Shown piece after piece: positions 1 to 10,274 of a stretch of DNA of 51,895 nt. The notes under the pieces were generated by a model, which made no database searches, had not been told where the DNA came from, and saw only the letters and a program-made list of their open reading frames with translations. Location: contig JAHWJH010000001.1 in NCBI GenBank assembly GCA_019348555.1, positions 4,629 through 56,523 on the forward strand, given 5' to 3'. Positions within the stretch are counted from its first letter, which is position 1. Every line of letters begins with the position of its first letter. Source of the stretch: Actinomycetota bacterium (GTDB lineage: Bacteria > Actinomycetota > Acidimicrobiia > Acidimicrobiales > CADCSY01). A program made the translations under genes and the position numbers.

Positions 1-1191
1 GTGAACCGCTCGACATTCACCTCGGAGTCCGTGACCGAGGGGCACCCCGACAAGATGGCCGACCAGGTCTCCGACGCCATTCTCGACGCCATCCTCGCCG
101 AGGACCCGAGGGGGCGGGTGGCGTGCGAGACGCTGCTCACGACCGGTCTCGCCGTGGTCGCCGGAGAGATCACCACCGCTGCCTACGTCGACATCCCGAA
201 GATCGTGCGCCAGACCATCTGCGGCGTCGGCTACGACCGGGAGTCGTTCGGCTTCGACGGCAACACCTGCGGGGTCATGGTCTCGATCGACGAGCAGTCG
301 CCCGACATCGCCCAGGGTGTCGACACCGCCTACGAGCGGCGCTCGGGCGTGTCCGACGAGGACGCGCTCAATGCCCAGGGGGCCGGCGACCAGGGGATGA
401 TGTTCGGCTACGCGTGTGACGAGACCGACGACCTCATGCCCCTGCCGATCTGGCTGGCGCATCGCCTCGCCCACCGTCTGGCCGAGGTCCGCAAGGCGGG
501 CATCCTCCCGTACCTCCGTCCCGACGGGAAGACCCAGGTCAGCTTCGACTACGAGGACGGCAAGCCTGTCGCTCTGCGCACGGTGGTCATCTCCACGCAG
601 CACCAGCCCGGACTCGACGCCGAGACCTTGATCAAGCCCGACATCGAGGAGCACGTGATCGCCCCCCTGGTGCCGCCCGAGTTCGCCGAGGGCTTCAACG
701 TGTTGGTGAACCCCACCGGCACCTTCGAGCTGGGCGGCCCCAGGGCCGACACCGGCCTCACCGGGCGCAAGATCATCGTCGACACCTACGGCGGCATGGC
801 CCGCCACGGCGGCGGTGCCTTCTCGGGCAAGGACCCGACCAAGGTCGACCGCTCGGCGGCCTACGCCGCCCGGTGGGTCGCCAAGCACGTGGTGGCCTCC
901 GGAGCGGCTCGACGCTGCGAGGTACAGGTCGCCTACGCCATCGGCGTGGCCCACCCGGTCTCACTGCTCGTCGAGACCTTCGGCACCGAGGTGGTCGACC
1001 CCAACCGCATCGCCACCGCGGTCAGGGAGCTGTTCGACCTCCGACCGGCCGCCATCCTGCGCGACCTCGACCTGTGCCGGCCGATCTTCCAGCGCACCGC
1101 CGCCTATGGCCACTTCGGGCGCTCCGACAAGGAGTTCACCTGGGAGGCCACGCCCCGCCTCGACGAGCTGACCTCCGCCCTCGGGCTCTGA
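1..1191 (+). CDS. metK: S-adenosylmethionine synthase
   Basis: 396-aa ORF starting at GTG at base 1. Diagnostic MetK motifs are [37 protein letters not shown] and [19 protein letters not shown]. Confidence 0.95.
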   Translation: MNRSTFTSESVTEGHPDKMADQVSDAILDAILAEDPRGRVACETLLTTGLAVVAGEITTAAYVDIPKIVRQTICGVGYDRESFGFDGNTCGVMVSIDEQSPDIAQGVDTAYERRSGVSDEDALNAQGAGDQGMMFGYACDETDDLMPLPIWLAHRLAHRLAEVRKAGILPYLRPDGKTQVSFDYEDGKPVALRTVVISTQHQPGLDAETLIKPDIEEHVIAPLVPPEFAEGFNVLVNPTGTFELGGPRADTGLTGRKIIVDTYGGMARHGGGAFSGKDPTKVDRSAAYAARWVAKHVVASGAARRCEVQVAYAIGVAHPVSLLVETFGTEVVDPNRIATAVRELFDLRPAAILRDLDLCRPIFQRTAAYGHFGRSDKEFTWEATPRLDELTSALGL

Positions 1192-2969
1192 GCCCCGGGC
1201 CTGCGGTCGTCCGGGTCCTGCCCGACGTCCCAGCCATCGACAAGGCCTTCGACTACTCCGTTCCCGAGGCCTTCGCCGACCGGGTCGGGGTCGGCGCCAT
1301 CGTGCGGGTGGCACTGCAGGGTCGCCGGGTCCGGGGGTGGGTGGTCGCCGTCGAGGTGGCGCCCACAGCCGACGTGGCGCTGCGCCCGCTGCTGCGGGTG
1401 ACCGGGCTCGGCCCCAGCGCCGACGTGATCGGGCTCGCCCGATGGGCGGCGTGGCGATGGGCGGGGCGTACGGTGCACTTCTTGCGCACGGCCTCGCCTC
1501 GAGGCGTGGTGGCCGGCCTTCCCCCCGTACCCGCAACGCGACTGGAGCCGGCGGCGAGCGAGGGCGGTTCCCACGATGAGCTCCTCGGCGAGGCGCTGGC
1601 CCGGGCGACCTCGGTCCTCCGCCTGCCTCCGGCGGCGCCGGTGCTGCCCCTGGTCCTCGAGGCCGCCCGGCGGGGCACCACGTTGGTGGTGGCCCCGTCG
1701 TCGGCGGTGGCCACCGATGTCGCCGCCGCCCTCCGTCGGTCGGGGATGCCGACCGCCTTGGTACCGGGGGAGTGGGCGCGGGCCGCGGCGGGCGCCCGTG
1801 TGGTCGTCGGTGCCCGGGCGGCAGCGTGGGCGCCGGCCGTCGACCTCGCCACCGTGGTGGTGCTCGACGAGCACGACGAGTCCCACCAGAGCGAGGCCTC
1901 GCCGACGTGGAACGCCCGCGACGTCGCCGCCGAGCGGGCACGTCGCGCCGGCGCCCGGTGCGTGTGGACCTCGCCGTGCCCGTCGCTGGAGGCGCTGGCG
2001 TGGGCCCCGGTGCTGGCACCGTCGCGGGCAGCCGAACGGTCCGGCTGGCCGGTGGTCGACGTGGTCGACCGCCGCCGGGAGGAACCACTGCGTGCCGACC
2101 TGTACTCGCCGCGCCTCGTCACCCTCGCCCGGGCCACGGGCACCGCCCCGGCGGACGCGGGGGCCGCCGCCTCCGGTCGGTTGGTGGCCGTGCTCAACCG
2201 CAAGGGCCGGGCATCGGTGCTGGCGTGCTCGGCGTGTGCCGAGCTGGCTCGATGCGAGAGGTGTGGAGCGGCGGTGGCCCAGGGCGACGACGCCATCCTC
2301 GGGTGCCGGCGCTGCGCTTGCCGCCGGCCGCTGGTGTGCCTGGCGTGCGGCTCCACCCGCCTCAAGGTGCTCCGTCCCGGGATCAAGCGGGTGCGCGACG
2401 ACCTCGAGCGCCTGGCGGGCGTGGCGGTGGCCGAGGTCACCGGTGCCAGCGGCAGCGAGCCCGTCGACGCCCCGGTGGCCGTGGGCACCGAAGCCGTCCT
2501 CCACCGCGTCGCCTCCGCCTCCGTCGTGGCCTTCCTCGATCTCGACGCCGAGTTGCTCGCTCCCCGCTACCGGGCGGCCGAGCAGGCCATGGCCCTCCTG
2601 GCCCGTGCCGCCCGACTGGTGGGCGGCAAGGCCGGCGGCGGCCGTCTCGTGCTCCAGACCCGCCTGCCGGGCCATGAGGTGGTGCAGGCGGCCCTGCACG
2701 CCGACCCGGCGAGGGTGGCGGCAGCGGAGGCCGAGCGGCGCCGGCTCCTGGCCTTCCCGCCCACGACGGCGTTGGCCCTGGTGTCCGGCGCCCCGGCCGA
2801 GGCCTACGTCGGGGGCCTGCGGAGCTCACCGGACGTCGAGGTGCTCGGGCCAGCCTCGGGGCGCTGGCTGGTGCGCGCTCGCGACCACCGGCGGCTCTGC
2901 GACGCTCTGGCGGCGACGCCCCGACCCCCGGGCCGTCTCCGGGTGGCGGTCGACCCCCTGCGGATCTGA
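1188..2969 (+). CDS. priA: primosomal protein N' (PriA-like, Walker-A-less)
   Basis: Conserved PriA N-terminus [20 protein letters not shown] begins about 1215. It has the motif II-like [12 protein letters not shown] and Cys-rich zinc ribbons ([31 protein letters not shown]). The start is unresolved: CTG 1188 overlaps the metK stop, or in-frame GTG 1074; the first downstream GTG would delete the conserved N-terminus. Confidence 0.8.
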   Translation: MSPGPAVVRVLPDVPAIDKAFDYSVPEAFADRVGVGAIVRVALQGRRVRGWVVAVEVAPTADVALRPLLRVTGLGPSADVIGLARWAAWRWAGRTVHFLRTASPRGVVAGLPPVPATRLEPAASEGGSHDELLGEALARATSVLRLPPAAPVLPLVLEAARRGTTLVVAPSSAVATDVAAALRRSGMPTALVPGEWARAAAGARVVVGARAAAWAPAVDLATVVVLDEHDESHQSEASPTWNARDVAAERARRAGARCVWTSPCPSLEALAWAPVLAPSRAAERSGWPVVDVVDRRREEPLRADLYSPRLVTLARATGTAPADAGAAASGRLVAVLNRKGRASVLACSACAELARCERCGAAVAQGDDAILGCRRCACRRPLVCLACGSTRLKVLRPGIKRVRDDLERLAGVAVAEVTGASGSEPVDAPVAVGTEAVLHRVASASVVAFLDLDAELLAPRYRAAEQAMALLARAARLVGGKAGGGRLVLQTRLPGHEVVQAALHADPARVAAAEAERRRLLAFPPTTALALVSGAPAEAYVGGLRSSPDVEVLGPASGRWLVRARDHRRLCDALAATPRPPGRLRVAVDPLRI

Positions 2970-3075
2970 CGGTGGCGTCCGGCCCAGGCATGCAACATCC
3001 CGGGCCGTCGACGGCCTCGGGCCTCGACCGCTCGCGGACGGCGCTGTCCCATCGACGTGGTCGACTGACCAGCCC

Positions 3076-3609
3076 TCAGGCCCCCTGCCCCGCCCACTCC
3101 CTGCGGCGCAGCTCGTAGACGGCGATGGCAGCGGCGTGCGCCACGTTGAGCGAGCCGACCCGACCGAGCTGGGGCACGAATGCCACGGCGTCCGCCTGCT
3201 GCAGGACCGGCGGCGACAACCCCTTGTCCTCGTGGCCCACCGCCACGCACACGTCGGCAGGAAGGGCCACCTCGTGCAGCGCCACCGCGCCACGCGCCAG
3301 CTCCAGAGCAAGGACGAAGTAGCCGGCCGAGCGGGCCGCGGCCATGGCGTCGGCCACGTCGTCGTGCGTCGTCCACGTCACGAATCGCTGTGAGCCGAGC
3401 GAGGTCTTGGCTGCCTTGGCAGAGGAGGGAGACGGCGTGGCCCCGGCCAGGTAGAGGTGCTCGACGCGCTCGGCGGCCGCCAGGCGGACGATGGCACCGA
3501 CGTTGTAGGGGGTCTGCACCGAGTCGAGGAGCACGGCCACGCGACCCTCCGTGCGCCGGCGCCACTGCCGGTGGAGGCGCTTGAGATCGGTGTCGCCGAG
3601 ACTGGTCAC
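3076..3609 (-). CDS. TrmH/SpoU-family RNA 2'-O-methyltransferase
   Basis: SpoU motifs are VLLDSVQTPYNVGAIVRLAAA, VAVGHEDKGL and LGRVGSLNVAHAAAIAVYEL. GTG 3609 overlaps the upstream stop as GTGA. Confidence 0.8.
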   Translation of the reverse strand: MTSLGDTDLKRLHRQWRRRTEGRVAVLLDSVQTPYNVGAIVRLAAAERVEHLYLAGATPSPSSAKAAKTSLGSQRFVTWTTHDDVADAMAAARSAGYFVLALELARGAVALHEVALPADVCVAVGHEDKGLSPPVLQQADAVAFVPQLGRVGSLNVAHAAAIAVYELRRREWAGQGA

Positions 3610-4223
3610 GAGGGCCCGACCTCCAACACGCGGTAGCCCATCCGTGAGGTCAGCCGCTCGGTGGCGAAGCCCTCGGCCCCAAGCCAGCGAGCCAGCGAGT
3701 CGGCGCCGAGGTGCTTGTGCACGACCAACCAGGCGCGGCCACCGGGGGACAGGCGGCCCAGCCAGCGAACCAGCAGCGCCTGCAGGGCCGCCTTGCCGAT
3801 CCGCACCGGCGGGTTCGACCAGATGCCGTCGAACCTCACCTCGGCGGGAACCTCCTCCGGGCCGACCGCTCGGATGTTGGCGGCGCCGGCAGCGGCGGCG
3901 TTGGCGGCGGTGAGGGCGACGGCTCGACGGTTCACGTCGACGCCCCACACCCGGGCTGCGGGTGACCGGCGCCCGAGGGTCACGGCGATGGCACCGTAGC
4001 CGCAGCCCAGGTCGAGCAGGTCGCCCTCGGGTGGCGGAGGTGGAGACTCCATGAGCAGGAGCTTGGTCCCGGCGTCGACCGCCTCCCGGGCGAAGACCCC
4101 GCGGTCGGTGGCGAGGTCGAGGGCCAAGTCGGGCAACACCAGGCGTACCCGCCCCGGCTCGGAGGCCACGGCGGGATCGGCATCGAAGTAGTGGCTCACG
4201 GGGTCGCCGACGCTACCCGCCAC
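3606..4223 (-). CDS. class I SAM-dependent methyltransferase, RsmC/RsmD-like small-domain type
   Basis: SAM motif I is DLLDLGCGYGAIAV and the catalytic-type motif is IWSNPPVRIG, as in rRNA m2G methyltransferases. 205-aa ORF. Confidence 0.7.
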   Translation of the reverse strand: MAGSVGDPVSHYFDADPAVASEPGRVRLVLPDLALDLATDRGVFAREAVDAGTKLLLMESPPPPPEGDLLDLGCGYGAIAVTLGRRSPAARVWGVDVNRRAVALTAANAAAAGAANIRAVGPEEVPAEVRFDGIWSNPPVRIGKAALQALLVRWLGRLSPGGRAWLVVHKHLGADSLARWLGAEGFATERLTSRMGYRVLEVGPS

Positions 4224-4237
4224 TACCCTGAGCGGCC

Positions 4238-4780
4238 ATGGCTCCGTACCACATCCGCCTCGTGGGCGATCCGGTGCTGCGCCAGCCCGCGGCCGAGGTC
4301 ACCGACATCGACGAGCGGCTGGTGCGCCTGGCCGCCGACATGGTGGTCACCATGTACGAGGCACCGGGCATCGGCCTGGCCGCTCCGCAGGTGGGCGTGC
4401 AGAAGCGGATGTTCGTCTACGACCTCCACGACGACACCGGGCCCCACACGATCGTCAACCCCGTCATCAGCGAGACCCGGGGCGAGTGGGTCTACGAGGA
4501 GGGGTGCCTGTCGGTGCCCGACCTGTCGTGGGAGATCGTCCGCCCGGCCGAGGTCCACCTCACCGGCCTCGACCTCGACGGCAACGAGGTGTCCTTCGAG
4601 GCCGACGAGCTGCTGGCCCGCATGTTCCAGCACGAGGTGGACCATCTCGACGGCGTCCTGTTGCTGGAGCGCCTCGACGCCGACCAGCGCAAGCAGGCCA
4701 ACCGGGTGCTGCGCGACCGGGCCCTGGCCCTCGACGCTGCCGAGCCGCGCCGACGCCTGCGCCTGCCGGGGCGCCACTGA
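4238..4780 (+). CDS. def: peptide deformylase
   Basis: All three deformylase motifs are present: GIGLAAPQVG, EGCLSVP and HEVDHLDG. Confidence 0.95.
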   Translation: MAPYHIRLVGDPVLRQPAAEVTDIDERLVRLAADMVVTMYEAPGIGLAAPQVGVQKRMFVYDLHDDTGPHTIVNPVISETRGEWVYEEGCLSVPDLSWEIVRPAEVHLTGLDLDGNEVSFEADELLARMFQHEVDHLDGVLLLERLDADQRKQANRVLRDRALALDAAEPRRRLRLPGRH

Positions 4781-4803
4781 GCACGGAGCCGCCGCGGCGG
4801 CTG

Positions 4804-5664
4804 GTGTACCTGGGCAGCCCCGCCGCCGCCGTCGCCCCCCTGGAGGCACTGGTCGGTGCCGGCTTCGACGTGGCCCTGGTGGTGTCCCAGCCCGATCGCA
4901 AGCGCGGCCGTGGGGCGTCGTTGGTCCCGACGCCGGTCAAGGCCGCCGCCCTGGAGCTCGGCCTACCGGTCAGCGAACGGGTGGACGACGTGCTCACCGT
5001 CGGCGCCGACCTGGGGGTGGTGGTGGCCTACGGTCGCCTCATCCGTCCCCACGTGCTGGCGGCGCTCGACCTGGTGAACCTCCACTTCTCCCTCCTGCCC
5101 CGGTGGCGGGGGGCGGCGCCGGTCGAGCGGGCCATCCTCGCCGGCGACGAGGAGACGGGCGTGTGCCTCATGCGCCTCGAGGAGGGCCTCGACACCGGGC
5201 CGGTGTACGCCTGCGAGCGGCTCACCGTCAGGCCCGACGAGACCGCCGACGAGCTGCGGCAGCGGCTGGTCGACGCCGGTTGCCGCTTGCTCGTCGAGCA
5301 GCTCTCGGCCGGCCTGGGGACACCCACACCCCAGGTCGGCGAGGTGACGTACGCGGCCAAGATCGACCCGGGCGAGCTCCGGCTCGAGTGGAGCCGACCT
5401 GCCGCCGAGCTCGCTCGCCTGGTGCGCCTCGGCCAGGCGTGGACCACCTTCCGGGGCCGCCGCCTCAAGGTGCTCCGCGCTGCGGAGGCCCCGAGTGGTA
5501 CCGGCTCGCACCTGGTCCCCGGGGCGCTCGACGGGGTGGTGGTGGGCACCGGTGACGGCGCCCTGGTGCTCGCCGTCGTGCAGCCCGAGGGCAAGGGGCC
5601 CCAGCCCGCCTCGGCGTGGCGCAACGGGGCCCGACCGGGTCCCGGCGACGTCCTCGGTGCCTGA
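4804..5664 (+). CDS. fmt: methionyl-tRNA formyltransferase
   Basis: Motifs are VYLGSPAAAVAPLEAL, SQPDRKRGRG, NLHFSLLPRWRGAAPVERAI and LQPEGK-type VVQPEGKGP. The start is GTG 4804, or CTG 4777 overlapping the def stop. Confidence 0.9.
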   Translation: MYLGSPAAAVAPLEALVGAGFDVALVVSQPDRKRGRGASLVPTPVKAAALELGLPVSERVDDVLTVGADLGVVVAYGRLIRPHVLAALDLVNLHFSLLPRWRGAAPVERAILAGDEETGVCLMRLEEGLDTGPVYACERLTVRPDETADELRQRLVDAGCRLLVEQLSAGLGTPTPQVGEVTYAAKIDPGELRLEWSRPAAELARLVRLGQAWTTFRGRRLKVLRAAEAPSGTGSHLVPGALDGVVVGTGDGALVLAVVQPEGKGPQPASAWRNGARPGPGDVLGA

Positions 5665-6793
5665 GCCGGCCGGCGTCGAGGCGCGGCGCCTCGCCTACCG
5701 GGCGCTGCTGCGCATCGACGGAGGCGACCGGGCCAACGTGGCGCTGGCGGAACTGCTCGGCGCCAGCGGGCTGGCCGAGCGCGACCGGGCGTTCGTCACC
5801 GAGCTGGTCTACGGCACCACCCGGATGCGCCGCGCCTGCGACTTCCTGGTCGAGCGCTTCTCGCTGCGCCCGCTCGACGCGCCCACCCTCGCCGCCCTTC
5901 GCCTCGGGGCCTATCAGCTCCACTTCCTCGGCACGCCGGCCCACGCCGCGGTGTCGGCCACCGTGGAGGTGGCGCCCCGGAGGTCCCGGGGCCTGGTCAA
6001 CGCCATCCTGCGCCGGGTGGCCGGCGCACCGGTGTCCTGGCCCGACGCGGCCACCCGGCTGAGCTACCCCGACTGGGTGGTGGAGCGGCTGGTGGCCGAC
6101 CTCGGCGAGGCCGACGGCATCGCCGCCCTCGAGCAGATGAACCAGGCGGTCTCCGTGCCCGCCCGACCCGACGGCTACGTCCAGGGCGCGGCCTCCCAGG
6201 AGGTCACCCAGGCGGTGGGGGCGCAGGCGGGCGAGCGGGTCGCCGACCTCTGCGCCGCCCCCGGAGGCAAGACCAGTGGCCTCGCCGCCACCGGCGCCAC
6301 CGTGGCCGCCACCGACGTCGACGCCGCCCGTCTCGAGGTGGTGGCCGGCGTGGTGCGCGACCTCGGAGCCACCTCGGTCGTGCTCGCCGTGGCCGACGGT
6401 CGGGCGCCGCCGTGGCGGCAGGGCTCGTTCGACCGAGTGCTGGTCGATGCCCCCTGCACCGGCCTCGGCGTGCTGCACCGCCGCCCCGACGCCCGCTGGC
6501 GCCGGCGGCCCGACGACGTGGCCCGCCTGGCCGACCTCCAGCGCCAGCTCCTCGACGCCGCCGTGGCCCTGCTCGGCCCCGGGGCCACGCTGGTCTACAG
6601 CGTGTGCACCCTCACCGCCGAGGAGACCCTCGGCGTCGACGACTGGCTGGCGGCGGCGCATCCCGAGCTGGCGCCGCTGGCCCCTCCCCGTCCCCCATGG
6701 AGGCCCCATGGCCGCGGCGCCCTGCTCCTGCCCCAGGACACCGGCAGCGACGGGATGGCGCTGCTGCGCCTGCGCAAGGATGTGGCGGCCTAG
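5657..6793 (+). CDS. rsmB: 16S rRNA (cytosine-C5)-methyltransferase RsmB/Sun
   Basis: NusB-like N-terminus (ERDRAFVTELVYGTTR). Methyltransferase motifs are DLCAAPGGKT, DRVLVDAPCTGLGVLHRRPD and LVYSVCTL. GTG 5657 overlaps the fmt end by 8 bp. Confidence 0.85.
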   Translation: MPEPAGVEARRLAYRALLRIDGGDRANVALAELLGASGLAERDRAFVTELVYGTTRMRRACDFLVERFSLRPLDAPTLAALRLGAYQLHFLGTPAHAAVSATVEVAPRRSRGLVNAILRRVAGAPVSWPDAATRLSYPDWVVERLVADLGEADGIAALEQMNQAVSVPARPDGYVQGAASQEVTQAVGAQAGERVADLCAAPGGKTSGLAATGATVAATDVDAARLEVVAGVVRDLGATSVVLAVADGRAPPWRQGSFDRVLVDAPCTGLGVLHRRPDARWRRRPDDVARLADLQRQLLDAAVALLGPGATLVYSVCTLTAEETLGVDDWLAAAHPELAPLAPPRPPWRPHGRGALLLPQDTGSDGMALLRLRKDVAA

Positions 6794-6809
6794 CCTCGCT
6801 GCGGTGGGG

Positions 6810-7277
6810 ATGCCCCTTGCCGCCAAGGTGCTCACGGTGTCCGACGGCGTCGTGGCCGGCACGCGCGACGACCGGTCGGGCCCGGCGTTGGTCGAGCGGC
6901 TGGCGGCCGCGGGGCTCGACGTGGTCGACCACAAGGTGGTGGCCGACGGGGCGGAGCCGGTCGGCGAGGCCCTGCGAGAAGCGTGCTTGGCCTTCGCCGG
7001 GCTGGTGGTGACCACGGGCGGCACCGGCTTCGGGCCACGCGACCTCACGCCCGAGGGCACCCGTCTGGTCCTCGAGCGCGAGGCGCCGGGGATGGCCGAG
7101 GCCATGCGCCTGGTCAACCCCCTGGGCCGGCTGTCGCGGGGGGTGGCGGGCACGGTGGGCCGGGCGCTGGTGCTCAACACCCCCGGCTCCACCGCCGGGG
7201 CGGTCGAGTGCCTCGAGGCTGTCCTCGACGTGGTGCCCCACGCCCTGAGGCTGCTCGCCGGCCATCGCGAGCACTGA
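6810..7277 (+). CDS. mog: MogA/MoaB-family molybdenum cofactor biosynthesis protein
   Basis: Motifs are VLTVSDGV, LVVTTGGTGFGPRDLTPE and VLNTPGSTAGA. About 155 aa from ATG 6810. Confidence 0.8.
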   Translation: MPLAAKVLTVSDGVVAGTRDDRSGPALVERLAAAGLDVVDHKVVADGAEPVGEALREACLAFAGLVVTTGGTGFGPRDLTPEGTRLVLEREAPGMAEAMRLVNPLGRLSRGVAGTVGRALVLNTPGSTAGAVECLEAVLDVVPHALRLLAGHREH

Positions 7278-7393
7278 CCCGCAGCGTTTCGGCCGGCGCG
7301 ACGTGCGGTTTTCCACCCCGCTTCGCCGGCCAGAAGCGTGGAGGGACCGCCGAGCCCGCCGGGGACGCGACACGGCGCTCGTAGGCTGAGCCG

Positions 7394-8431
7394 GTGGACG
7401 ACCTGGAGGGCATGCGGCGTGCCGTGACCCTCGCTGCTGCGGCGAGAGCCGTCGCCTCGCCCAACCCATGGGTGGGGGCGGTGATCGAGGCCGGCGACGG
7501 CCGGGTGTTCGAAGGTGCCACGGCCGCTCCGGGCGGTCCCCACGCCGAGGCCGCCGCGCTCGCCGCCGCCGGCGAGGCCGCCAGAGGCGCGACCCTCTGG
7601 ACGACGCTCGAGCCCTGCGCCCACCACGGCCGGACCCCGCCCTGTGCCGACGCCATCGTGGCCGCCGGGGTGCGCCGGGTGGTGGTAGCGCTGTCCGACC
7701 CCGATCCCCTCGTCGACGGCCGTGGCCTGGCCCGCCTCGGCGAGGCCGGGGTGGAGGTGGCGCGGGGCGTGGGCGCCGACGTGGTGGGCGACCAGCTGGC
7801 CCCCTATCTGAAGCACCGTCGCACGGGCCGGCCCTGGGTCGTGCTCAAGCTGGCTGCTTCCCTCGACGGCCGCACGGCGGCACCCGACGGGACCTCCCAG
7901 TGGCTCACCGGCACCGAGGCCCGCAGCGACGCGCACCGGCTGCGGGCCGAGAGCGACGCGGTGATCGTGGGAGCCGGCACCGTCCGCACCGACGACCCCA
8001 GCCTCACCGTGCGCCTGAGCGAAGGGCGCGACCCGCTGCGGGTGGTGCTGGGCCGGGCTCCCCGGCAGGCGAGGGTCCACCCCGCGCTCGAGCTGGGCGG
8101 CGATCTCGGGGAGGTGCTCGACGACCTCGGCTCCCGGGGCGTGGTGCAGGTGCTGGTCGAGGGCGGGCCCACGGTGGCGGGCGAGTTCTGCCGCGCCGGG
8201 CTGGTCGATCGCTATGTGGTGTACCTGGCGCCCAAGCTGTTCGGCGGCGACGACGGTCGGCCGCTCTTCGCCGGGCCCGGGGCCGCCACCCTCGCCGACG
8301 TGGTCGACGGCCGCATCGTCTCGGTGGCCCGCCTCGGTGCCGACGTCCGCATCGAGCTTGCGCCGTCGCCGGCGACGATTCCGAGCCCACCGATGGTCGG
8401 CGAGGCACTGCGGTCGATGGAGCCGGCCTGA
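7394..8431 (+). CDS. ribD: bifunctional diaminohydroxyphosphoribosylaminopyrimidine deaminase / 5-amino-6-(5-phosphoribosylamino)uracil reductase
   Basis: Deaminase zinc motifs are GGPHAEAAAL and TLEPCAHHGRTPPC. The reductase part has KLAASLDGRTA and TDDPSLTVR. Confidence 0.9.
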   Translation: MDDLEGMRRAVTLAAAARAVASPNPWVGAVIEAGDGRVFEGATAAPGGPHAEAAALAAAGEAARGATLWTTLEPCAHHGRTPPCADAIVAAGVRRVVVALSDPDPLVDGRGLARLGEAGVEVARGVGADVVGDQLAPYLKHRRTGRPWVVLKLAASLDGRTAAPDGTSQWLTGTEARSDAHRLRAESDAVIVGAGTVRTDDPSLTVRLSEGRDPLRVVLGRAPRQARVHPALELGGDLGEVLDDLGSRGVVQVLVEGGPTVAGEFCRAGLVDRYVVYLAPKLFGGDDGRPLFAGPGAATLADVVDGRIVSVARLGADVRIELAPSPATIPSPPMVGEALRSMEPA

Positions 8432-9018
8432 TGTTCACCGGACTGGTCGAGGGGCTGGGCACGGTGGTGGCCTCTGGCGACCCCCGCGTCCGCATCGCCG
8501 CGCCGCCGTCGCTGCTGGCCGGTGCCGCCGTGGGCGACTCCGTTGCCGTCGACGGCTGTTGCCTCACGATCGTGGCCCTGGGCTCGACCTGGTGGGAGGC
8601 CGACGTCAGCTCCGAGACGGCGGCGCGGACCACGCTGGGCGCCCTCGCCGTGGGGGAGCAGGTGAACCTGGAGCGCCCGCTGCGGCTGGCGGATCGCCTC
8701 GGTGGCCACCTCGTGCAGGGCCACGTCGACGCCGTCGGCGAGGTTCTCGAGTCCGTCCCCGCCCTGCGGGTGCGCCTGCCCGGCGACCTCGCTCGCTACG
8801 TGGTGGCGAAGGGGTCGATCGCCGTCGACGGCGTCAGCCTCACCGTGGTCGACGTCGCCGACGACAGCTTCACCGTCGCCGTCATCCCCCACACGGCTCG
8901 AGCCACCACCCTGGGAGCCAAGACCCCAGGCACGCGCGTGAATCTCGAGGTCGACATCGTGGCCAAGTACGTGGAGCGGCTGGTGGCCGCTGCCGGAGCG
9001 TCGGGGCAACGCCGGTGA
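8431..9018 (+). CDS. ribE: riboflavin synthase alpha chain
   Basis: Starts MFTGLVEGLGTV. It has the duplicated-barrel motifs GDSVAVDGCCLT and GSIAVDGVSLTV. The ATG overlaps the ribD TGA. Confidence 0.9.
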   Translation: MFTGLVEGLGTVVASGDPRVRIAAPPSLLAGAAVGDSVAVDGCCLTIVALGSTWWEADVSSETAARTTLGALAVGEQVNLERPLRLADRLGGHLVQGHVDAVGEVLESVPALRVRLPGDLARYVVAKGSIAVDGVSLTVVDVADDSFTVAVIPHTARATTLGAKTPGTRVNLEVDIVAKYVERLVAAAGASGQRR

Positions 9019-10274
9019 GCCGGGCAGGCGTCCAGTTGGCGACGATCGACGCCGCCGTGGCCGCCATCGCCCGAGGCGACGTGGTGGTGGTGATCGACGA
9101 CGAAGACCGGGAGAACGAGGGCGACCTGGTGATGGCCGCCGAGTTCGCCGACGCCGAGCGCATCGCCTTCTTCGTCCGCCACACCTCAGGGCTCATCTGT
9201 ACGCCGATGACCGGGGCGCGCCTCGACGAGCTCGACCTGCCCCTCATGGTCGTCGACAACACCGAGAGCCAGCACACGGCCTTCACCGTCACCGTCGACT
9301 ACCGCCACGGCACCACCACCGGCATCTCCGCTGCCGACCGCGCCGCCACCATCCAGGCCCTCATCGACCCCAAGACCCGGCCGGAGGACCTCGCCCGGCC
9401 GGGCCACATCCTGCCGCTGCGCTACCGCGAGGGTGGGGTGCTCAAGCGGGCCGGCCACACCGAGGCCGCCGTCGACCTGGCCCGCATGGCGGGGCTGACG
9501 CCGGCCGGGGTGCTGTGCGAGGTGGTCAACGACGACGGGAGCATGGCCCGGGGCCCCGACCTGGAGCGCTTCTGCGCCGAGCACGGCCTGCTGATGATCT
9601 CGATTGCCGACCTGATCCGTCACCGGCGCCAGGGCGAGAAGCTGGTGCGGCGCATCGACGATGCCCGCATCCCCACCGACTGGGGTGACTTCACCTGCTA
9701 TGTCTACGAGTCGCTCCTCGACGGTGAGCAGCACCTGGCGATGGTCAAGGGGGCTGTGCAGGGCCAGCACGAGGTGTTGGTGCGGGTCCACAGCGAGTGC
9801 CTCACCGGCGACGTCTTCGGCTCACTGCGCTGCGACTGCGGCGTCCAGGTCGACGCCGCCATGCAGCGCATCGCCGAGGAGGGGCTCGGCGTGGTCGTGT
9901 ACCTGCGGGGCCACGAGGGTCGGGGGATCGGCCTCGGCCACAAGATCAGGGCGTACAAGCTGCAGGACCTGGGACGCGACACCGTCGACGCCAACGTCGA
10001 GCTGGGCTTTCCGCCCGACACCCGCGAGTACGGGATCGGCGCCCAGATCCTCGTCGACCTCGGCATCACCACCATGCGCTACATGACCAACAACCCGGCC
10101 AAGTACGGCGGGCTCGAGGGCTACGGGCTGCGCATCGTGGAGCGGGTGCCTCTCGAGTCGATCCCCAACCCCGAGAACATCCGCTACCTGCGCACCAAAC
10201 GGGAGCGCATGGGCCACCTCCTGCCCAATCTGGATGGCCGCCCGCCTCCCGACGTGGAAGGCTCTCAACCGTGA
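9015..10274 (+). CDS. ribBA: bifunctional 3,4-dihydroxy-2-butanone-4-phosphate synthase / GTP cyclohydrolase II
   Basis: The DHBP synthase part has DDEDRENEGDLVMAAE and HTEAAVDLA. The GCH-II part has VRVHSECLTGDVFGSLRCDCG and YLRGHEGRGIGL. GTG 9015 overlaps the ribE stop. Confidence 0.95.
   Translation: MSRAGVQLATIDAAVAAIARGDVVVVIDDEDRENEGDLVMAAEFADAERIAFFVRHTSGLICTPMTGARLDELDLPLMVVDNTESQHTAFTVTVDYRHGTTTGISAADRAATIQALIDPKTRPEDLARPGHILPLRYREGGVLKRAGHTEAAVDLARMAGLTPAGVLCEVVNDDGSMARGPDLERFCAEHGLLMISIADLIRHRRQGEKLVRRIDDARIPTDWGDFTCYVYESLLDGEQHLAMVKGAVQGQHEVLVRVHSECLTGDVFGSLRCDCGVQVDAAMQRIAEEGLGVVVYLRGHEGRGIGLGHKIRAYKLQDLGRDTVDANVELGFPPDTREYGIGAQILVDLGITTMRYMTNNPAKYGGLEGYGLRIVERVPLESIPNPENIRYLRTKRERMGHLLPNLDGRPPPDVEGSQP

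Noticed and set aside
7278-7393. FMN (RFN) riboswitch upstream of ribD.
   Set aside because: The conserved RFN core sequences were not found on either strand; only a generic GC hairpin is present.
5465-8080. 871-aa minus-strand ORF.
   Set aside because: It runs antisense to fmt, rsmB, mog and ribD, all of which have clear motifs. Its translation is Arg/Gly/Pro/Ala low complexity, typical of stop-poor antisense frames in high-GC DNA.
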